Assembly: GCA_007693455.1 (NCBI GenBank)
Contig: REDP01000245.1
Location: 1-61,786 of the forward strand
DNA: 61,786 bases
Reading direction: 5' to 3'
Source of the DNA: Planctomycetota bacterium
Lineage (GTDB): Bacteria; Planctomycetota; UBA11346
The position numbers and the translations under genes were made by a program. Positions 56,339-61,786 of the stretch are shown piece by piece. The notes below the pieces were generated by a model that had not been told where the DNA came from, made no database searches, and saw only the letters and a list, made by a program, of their open reading frames with translations. The first letter of the stretch is position 1, and each line of letters opens with the position of its first letter.

Positions 56339-59182
56339 ATGAGCACTGTGCGTGCGCCAGCCTTGTGGTTGTGCGTTGGCTTGGCCTTATTGTTTTTAGG
56401 CAACTGTTGGGGGCCCATAGCCCATTCGCTAAGTCTATGGAATCATAGCGGGGAAATGGTGCGCACTGAAGTTTCGGTGTGGTCCACATCCTCCGATCCC
56501 GAACGTGAACAGCAAATTGCCCGGCGCTTTTCGCAGCATGTGGAGAATGCCGCGGTAAGTATTCGCTTCCGTGAATCGAGTACTGTCGGTGAAGCCATCT
56601 ATGTTTCATTTTTATCGGGCAACCCTCCCGATGTGATGGATATTCCCCTCAATCAGCTCGATGAGTCGGTGTCTTCGGGTCTGATTCGTCCCATGGATGA
56701 TCTCCTGGAACAGGCCTTGGCCGATGATCCCGACTTTCTCGAGCGCCGCTTGGGTGGCGCGCTGGAACTGGTGCGCTACCAAGCCAGCCCTCATCATCCG
56801 ATTATCCGAGCCTGGGCTGAACGTGGTGAACGCGAACTTGAGGCAGCGCGGATGCTCGCCATGCATGGCCGAGTGGTTGGCTTTGCCGGCTTGGGGCCCG
56901 CCGATACCCTGACCTGGAACCGTCGTTTGGTTGCTCGCGCGGGTGAAATGTTCCCCGATCTCCTGGATGAGAACGGTGAGCCACGACCCCCTGAAACCTG
57001 GGCTGAATTGCGCCAACACGCCCAATGGGTCAGTGAATGGAGTCGGCAAACCTTTGCCCCAGATGCCAGTGATCGTCCCTATGGCATGGTGGTTCAGGGG
57101 CAGCGTCCGCGCGATCTCTGGCGTGGTATCGGTCCCCTGGCTGCCACTGCAGGTGCCATGGGCTTTGATTTTTCCCGGGGTCAGTGGGACTGGGCGCAGC
57201 CAGGGATCATTGGCGCGTATACCTTATTCTTGAAGCTGCAAAATGATGGATCGGTGCTTCCTGGTACGGGGGGACGTGACTATGAAGAGCCCCGCACCCT
57301 GCTGGCCCAAGGCCGCGCGGCCTATCTGATCGATGGTTTTTGGGCGGCCAATCGTGGAGCTATTACCGTTCCCGAGCGAGTGGAGGATATCGCCTCAGCG
57401 CCCCTTCCAGTGCCCTGGCGCAATGCCGCCGAGCGCGAAGAAATCACCACTATGCTGGGCCTGGATGATCTTCCCCTCGGTCAGCCCATGCGGCAGATGG
57501 GCACCCGTGTCAGTGTCTTAACCACGGGTTTACGCGACCAACGCGATGCCGAAGTGGCCTGGCAGTGGATGCATCGCAACCAGGTGCGCGATGAGCAACT
57601 AGACGGCATCGTCAATCATTTTAGCCAGCCCACTACGCGGGATGTGGCGCAGTGGATCTACCACAGCGACGATCCTGAAGCCGTGCAACTGCGCCAGCAA
57701 ATGCCCCGCTTCCAAAGTGAAGTATGGGAGGCCATGACCCGCGGCCAGGCCTGGCCCACCAATCCTGGCCATGGTCCAGTGGCTGGAGCCGACGAGCCCG
57801 CAGTGGCCATGCACGGGGCCTACCTCGCCAGCGAGGGACGCCATCTTGATGACCAGCACTTTGCCGAACATCTACAAGCTATTATCAACGCCCTGCAAAC
57901 CTTTACCGATGCCACCAACCGCGATCTCGAGCGCCGTGTAGAGCAAGGCATCGTTGACCCTCAAGCCTTCGCCATCCCCGACTGGGATCCGCAGCGTAGT
58001 GCCGATGCCTTTGCCTGGCAGCGTCAGTTTGTCCGCCCTGAGGATCAAGCCTTATTGGCCGCCCTGCAGGAACGTTTGCCTGAGCACCTTGATCAGCCAT
58101 GGTTTATTCAACACCGCCGCGGTTGGTTGCACATTGTCGGCGTGGCCTGTGTTATGCTGCTCATGGCGCTTACTGCATTGGTTGTCATTTGGCGTCGCCA
58201 TTTGGCCATTCGTCCCGAGGAGCGACAAGCCTTCCGCCGAGAAGTGGTGGCAACACGCTACGGCTGGTATTTTGCCGCACCCATGCTGCTGCTGGCGGCG
58301 GTGTTTGTTATTTGGCCTGCGATATCCATGGTATGGCTGTCATTCTTCACCGGCACTGGCCAGGGAAGTCTGCAGTGGAGTGGAGCAGAGCAATACGCCC
58401 GTCTTCTCGGCGATGGCACTTTTTGGGGGGAAGTCCTTCCCAATAGCCTCATCTATATGTTTGTGGTGGCAGGTGCCGAAGTGGCCATTGGACTAAGCAT
58501 AGCCCTTCTGCTCAACCTCTCACTGCGTGCGGGAGGATTATACCGCACCCTGATCTTCATACCCATGGTGACCTCCATGGCTGTGGTGAGCATCGTCTTT
58601 TTTGGGATTTTGGCGGGGCGTGATTCCGGTATCAATAATATGATTGCAGGGGTCGGCTTGGAGTGGCTGATTACCGATAGTGATGGCGTGCGCATTGACT
58701 GGCTCAATGATGAGCGGGTGCGTATTTTGGGCATTCCTGCCCCCTTGTGGTCGGTGATGATGGTGGCCATCTGGTCGGGATTGCCCAGCGTGGTCATTCT
58801 CTGCTTGGCTGGCCTGCAGTCGGTGCCCAAGGACCTTTATGAGGCGGCTAAGGTGGATGGCGCAGGGCCATGGACCCGTTTCTGGCGCATTACCATCCCT
58901 GGAATACTGCCCTTACTGCTGATCATCGTCTTTAATTCCTTGGTCAATGCCGCCCGCCATTTTGGCACCGTCTATATTATGACTGGCGGCTATCACGGCA
59001 CAGAAATTGCCTCAACCTATATCTACAAATGGGGTTTCCAGCGCACCGACAATCAGGTTCCTGACCTTGGTTATGCCGCCGCCTTGGGTGTTGCCTACAT
59101 GGGAATCTTGCTGGTTATTGCCTCTGGCAACTTATGGGTCGTCATGCGTCGATGGAAAGCGCGCCTGGGAGGTGGGCAATGA
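56339..59182 (+). CDS. Fusion protein: family-1 extracellular solute-binding protein + MalF-type ABC permease
   Basis: Signal peptide. SBP blocks (PETWAELRQHAQ, AAYLIDGFWAANRG). Linker TM near residue 590. Then a 6-TM permease with EAA loop LYEAAKVDGAGPWTRFWRITIP. Confidence 0.85.
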   Translation: MSTVRAPALWLCVGLALLFLGNCWGPIAHSLSLWNHSGEMVRTEVSVWSTSSDPEREQQIARRFSQHVENAAVSIRFRESSTVGEAIYVSFLSGNPPDVMDIPLNQLDESVSSGLIRPMDDLLEQALADDPDFLERRLGGALELVRYQASPHHPIIRAWAERGERELEAARMLAMHGRVVGFAGLGPADTLTWNRRLVARAGEMFPDLLDENGEPRPPETWAELRQHAQWVSEWSRQTFAPDASDRPYGMVVQGQRPRDLWRGIGPLAATAGAMGFDFSRGQWDWAQPGIIGAYTLFLKLQNDGSVLPGTGGRDYEEPRTLLAQGRAAYLIDGFWAANRGAITVPERVEDIASAPLPVPWRNAAEREEITTMLGLDDLPLGQPMRQMGTRVSVLTTGLRDQRDAEVAWQWMHRNQVRDEQLDGIVNHFSQPTTRDVAQWIYHSDDPEAVQLRQQMPRFQSEVWEAMTRGQAWPTNPGHGPVAGADEPAVAMHGAYLASEGRHLDDQHFAEHLQAIINALQTFTDATNRDLERRVEQGIVDPQAFAIPDWDPQRSADAFAWQRQFVRPEDQALLAALQERLPEHLDQPWFIQHRRGWLHIVGVACVMLLMALTALVVIWRRHLAIRPEERQAFRREVVATRYGWYFAAPMLLLAAVFVIWPAISMVWLSFFTGTGQGSLQWSGAEQYARLLGDGTFWGEVLPNSLIYMFVVAGAEVAIGLSIALLLNLSLRAGGLYRTLIFIPMVTSMAVVSIVFFGILAGRDSGINNMIAGVGLEWLITDSDGVRIDWLNDERVRILGIPAPLWSVMMVAIWSGLPSVVILCLAGLQSVPKDLYEAAKVDGAGPWTRFWRITIPGILPLLLIIVFNSLVNAARHFGTVYIMTGGYHGTEIASTYIYKWGFQRTDNQVPDLGYAAALGVAYMGILLVIASGNLWVVMRRWKARLGGGQ

Positions 59183-60291
59183 ATATGCAGCAGATTAGCT
59201 GGCGCAGCCTCGCCCATCTCGCCTTAATTGTGGTGGCCCTTATTAATGTCTATCCCTTTGCCTGGATGCTGTCCACCAGCCTCAAAACCGAAGCGGAAGC
59301 CAAGACTCACCCCGAACGCCTCATTCCCGAACGTAAATGGCTGCTTGCCGATGAACCCCAAGCCCTGCGCCTCCGCCTTGCCGAAGGCACTGAACTCAAT
59401 AGTGGCCAAGAAGAAGTCGTTTTGGCGCTCATACGCGAAGAAGAGCGCCGCCGCGAAAACCTCCGCAATCATGTTCCCTGGCGGGTTGGTATTTCTGGCT
59501 ATCGCCGCCTTGCAGGCTTAGACACTCTAGACGATGATGCCGTCGCCGAGCGCATGCACAGTGAACTCCAGGAATTGGAAGCCCATGGCTGGCTGCAATC
59601 GCGGCGCTTCCAGCACGAAAACTGGGGCGTGGTATGGAATACCATGGGTTTTTGGCTGCGAACCTGCACCACCCTCGTGCTTACGGCCCTGGTGGTCTAT
59701 CTCACCGTGCTGACCAGTTCCATGCTGGGATACTGCCTGGCGCGCCAGCGCTTCCCCGGAAAAATAGTAGTGATAGCCGTCACCTTGATTGCCGCCTTGA
59801 ATGTGGTGCCACGGGAAGCGGTTATGGTTCCCATATTCCTTTTTCTGCGCGACCTCTCCTTTTTGGGGACGATTTGGGCGCCTGCCTTGTGGCTGGTTGG
59901 GGCGAGTGCCTCTAGCGCCCTCCTTATGGCGGGATATTTCCTCTCCTTACCCAAGGAAGTCGAGGAAGCCGCCACCGTGGACGGTGCTGGGCCCTGGCGG
60001 ACATTCTTCTGCATTGTCCTGCCCATGGCTCAACCCATGGTGGCGACGATATCCTTATTCGCCTTTCTCGGCGCCTGGAATGACTTCCTCATACCATTGC
60101 TTACCACCATCGCCCACCCCCATCTTCAGCCCTTGGCAGTGGCCGTTTATGATTTCCGTGGTGGCCACGCCCAATCCTGGGAACTGATCAATGCCGCGGC
60201 AGCTATTATGGTCATTCCCGTAATTATTATCTTTATGATTTTGCAAAAACGCATCGTTGCTGCCGTGGCAGCCGGTGCAGTGAAGGGGTAA
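59179..60291 (+). CDS. MalG-type ABC permease with enlarged first periplasmic loop
   Basis: ATG 59179 overlaps the upstream TGA (ATGA). EAA loop EVEEAATVDGAGPWRTFFCIVLP. About 120 aa lie between TM1 and TM2. Confidence 0.85.
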   Translation: MNMQQISWRSLAHLALIVVALINVYPFAWMLSTSLKTEAEAKTHPERLIPERKWLLADEPQALRLRLAEGTELNSGQEEVVLALIREEERRRENLRNHVPWRVGISGYRRLAGLDTLDDDAVAERMHSELQELEAHGWLQSRRFQHENWGVVWNTMGFWLRTCTTLVLTALVVYLTVLTSSMLGYCLARQRFPGKIVVIAVTLIAALNVVPREAVMVPIFLFLRDLSFLGTIWAPALWLVGASASSALLMAGYFLSLPKEVEEAATVDGAGPWRTFFCIVLPMAQPMVATISLFAFLGAWNDFLIPLLTTIAHPHLQPLAVAVYDFRGGHAQSWELINAAAAIMVIPVIIIFMILQKRIVAAVAAGAVKG

Positions 60292-60295
60292 ACCT

Positions 60296-61447
60296 ATGGC
60301 AACCGTAGTCTATGAGCAGGTGGGAAAGAAGTGGCCAGATGGCTCGCGTGCTTTACGGGGCCTTGATCTCTCCATTAACGATGGGGAATTTCTCGTCTTG
60401 GTAGGGGCCTCTGGTTGCGGTAAATCCACCGCCCTGCGCATCCTTGCCGGATTAGAACAGGCCAGCGAAGGCGCGGTCTACATTGCCGATCGCCGGGTCA
60501 ATAACCTCACCCCACAAGCCCGCAATATCGCCATGGTCTTTCAAAGCTACGCTTTGTATCCGCATATGAGCGTGCGCGATAATTTACGTTTCCCCTTGCA
60601 GATGCGCCGCGTGAGTAAGCAAGAAGAAGATCGCCTGGTGGCTGATGCGGCGCGCATGCTCAACCTGGAAGAATTAATGGACCGCCGCCCAGCCCAACTC
60701 TCCGGCGGCCAGCGTCAGCGCGTAGCCATGGGCCGTGCCTTGGTACGCCAACCTGACTGCTTTCTCATGGACGAACCCCTCTCTAATCTCGATGCCAAAT
60801 TGCGAGTGCATATGCGCGCTGAGATTATTCGTCTGCAGCGCAGCAGCGGCATTACCACCGTCTACGTCACCCACGACCAAGTAGAGGCCATGACCATGGG
60901 TGAACGCGTGGCGGTGATGCATGGCGGGCGTCTGCGCCAATGTGCCGCCCCAGAAGAACTGTATCGCAACCCCGCCGATGTATATGTGGCCGGATTTATC
61001 GGCAGTCCCAGCATGAATCTCTGCCAAGTCTCAGTACAGCGCCCAGACGAATCCGTCTCCTTGCTCATGGGCGAACAAAGCCTAGCCCTTCCTCCAGCTA
61101 TCGGGCGTCTGATTCCTGGAGACCAAGCCGTTGTCGGCTTGCGCCCGGAAGCCATTGTCCCCCCCGATCAGGTTCCCGAAAATCAACGCCTCAAACTCGT
61201 CCCCGAAGAGGTGGAGAGTCTCGGCCACGAGCGCATCCTGCACCTCACCATGCCCCTCGAGAGCATCGCCCCCGATGCAAGTGTCGATCAAAGCCGCATC
61301 GTCACCGCACCCCCCACCACCTGGACCGCCCGCCTACCAGGCGATTTCCCCGTCCAACGCGGTGAAGCCGTAACCCTCGGCTTTAACACCAAGCACCTCC
61401 ACGTCTTCGACCAACAAGGCAAGCGCATCAACCCAGCCACCGCCTAA
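60296..61447 (+). CDS. ABC transporter ATP-binding protein (MalK/UgpC type)
   Basis: Walker A GASGCGKST, signature LSGGQRQR, Walker B FLMDEPLS, and a C-terminal regulatory/TOBE-like domain. Confidence 0.93.
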   Translation: MATVVYEQVGKKWPDGSRALRGLDLSINDGEFLVLVGASGCGKSTALRILAGLEQASEGAVYIADRRVNNLTPQARNIAMVFQSYALYPHMSVRDNLRFPLQMRRVSKQEEDRLVADAARMLNLEELMDRRPAQLSGGQRQRVAMGRALVRQPDCFLMDEPLSNLDAKLRVHMRAEIIRLQRSSGITTVYVTHDQVEAMTMGERVAVMHGGRLRQCAAPEELYRNPADVYVAGFIGSPSMNLCQVSVQRPDESVSLLMGEQSLALPPAIGRLIPGDQAVVGLRPEAIVPPDQVPENQRLKLVPEEVESLGHERILHLTMPLESIAPDASVDQSRIVTAPPTTWTARLPGDFPVQRGEAVTLGFNTKHLHVFDQQGKRINPATA

Positions 61448-61514
61448 ATCCCCACGGGAGGGGAAGTATGCTTTATGCATGCGCAGCGTTTCGGGGCATA
61501 ATGGCCTGTATTTT

Positions 61515-61786
61515 TTACCCAGAGGGCCTCCCACCCGCAAGGCGCTCATGCAGGTTTTTGGCCATCACATTCAAGGCCAATTCCTGGAAGGCGGGATCGT
61601 CCATATAGCGGCTGACGATGGATGAGTTATCGTCCAGACGCTTGATCATCAGCGCCTCGACGATCTTGGGCAAACTCTTGGCGAAGTCGTTGAAGGGATT
61701 GGCCTGGGCGGCGGCCACCACCTGTTCTTGAGCCTCGGCTTCGGCTTCGATCTGATCGAAGAAAAGCTTATCCGCTTCGGTGAATT
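61515..61786 (-). CDS. C-terminal fragment of an unidentified protein (5' end outside the window)
   Basis: The frame stays open to the window edge: ...FTEADKLFFDQIEAEAEAQEQVVAAAQANPFNDFAKSLPKIVEALMIKRLDDNSSIVSRYMDDPAFQELALNVMAKNLHERL. It is a helical tail. Confidence 0.4.
   Translation of the reverse strand, partial: FTEADKLFFDQIEAEAEAQEQVVAAAQANPFNDFAKSLPKIVEALMIKRLDDNSSIVSRYMDDPAFQELALNVMAKNLHERLAGGRPSG

Noticed and set aside
55732-56418. 228-aa minus-strand ORF spanning the flgN-ABC spacer (contains PSPQPSPQPSPQ)
   Set aside because: It overlaps the 3' end of the flgN-like gene and the 5' end of the transporter. The PSPQ repeat is just the reverse reading of the 12-bp tandem repeat. There is no SD, and the composition is not protein-like.

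Overview
Moderately GC-rich, mostly core-genome chromosomal window from a flagellated, diderm-type bacterium. Gene content and a dcw cluster that ends at ftsQ without ftsA/ftsZ hint at a Planctomycetota/PVC-like lineage (weak inference). Gene order: partial tRNA-Thr, tuf, rpmG, tRNA-Trp, secE, nusG, rplKAJL, rpoBC, rpsL-rpsG (no fusA). Next come a polytopic spermidine-synthase-like protein and, on the minus strand, a CBS protein, long-form ispG and a rhomboid protease. The dcw cluster reads mraZ-orf75-rsmH-ftsL-ftsI-murE-murF-mraY-ftsW-[0.9 kb anomalous repeat-filled segment where murD is expected]-murG-murC-murB-ddl-ftsQ. After it lie a hisC-dxr-NAD-kinase-like operon (minus), an Rpn/PD-(D/E)XK nuclease-like gene bracketed by ~110-bp direct repeats, and eda. 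A translationally coupled pair follows, encoding a membrane-anchored class-3 lipase and a stand-alone ClpB-D2-type AAA+ ATPase. The rest is a 2-TM miniprotein, carA-mtnA, a hybrid histidine kinase, an HTH protein, fba, flgH-flgI-flgJ-like-flgN-like, a CUT1-type ABC transporter whose binding protein is fused to a permease, and a truncated ORF at the edge. No CRISPR array, rRNA or obvious prophage is present. Best candidates for something undescribed: (1) the lipase/AAA+ two-gene module; (2) the murD-slot segment, an ORF docked perfectly onto both neighbours but built of frame-inconsistent structured tandem repeats and an anti-SD/SD hairpin; (3) three GGTTGCA boxes at exact 20-bp phasing in front of mraZ; (4) a dispersed family of structured intergenic repeats. 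All functional calls rest on motif recognition by eye; no database search was possible.
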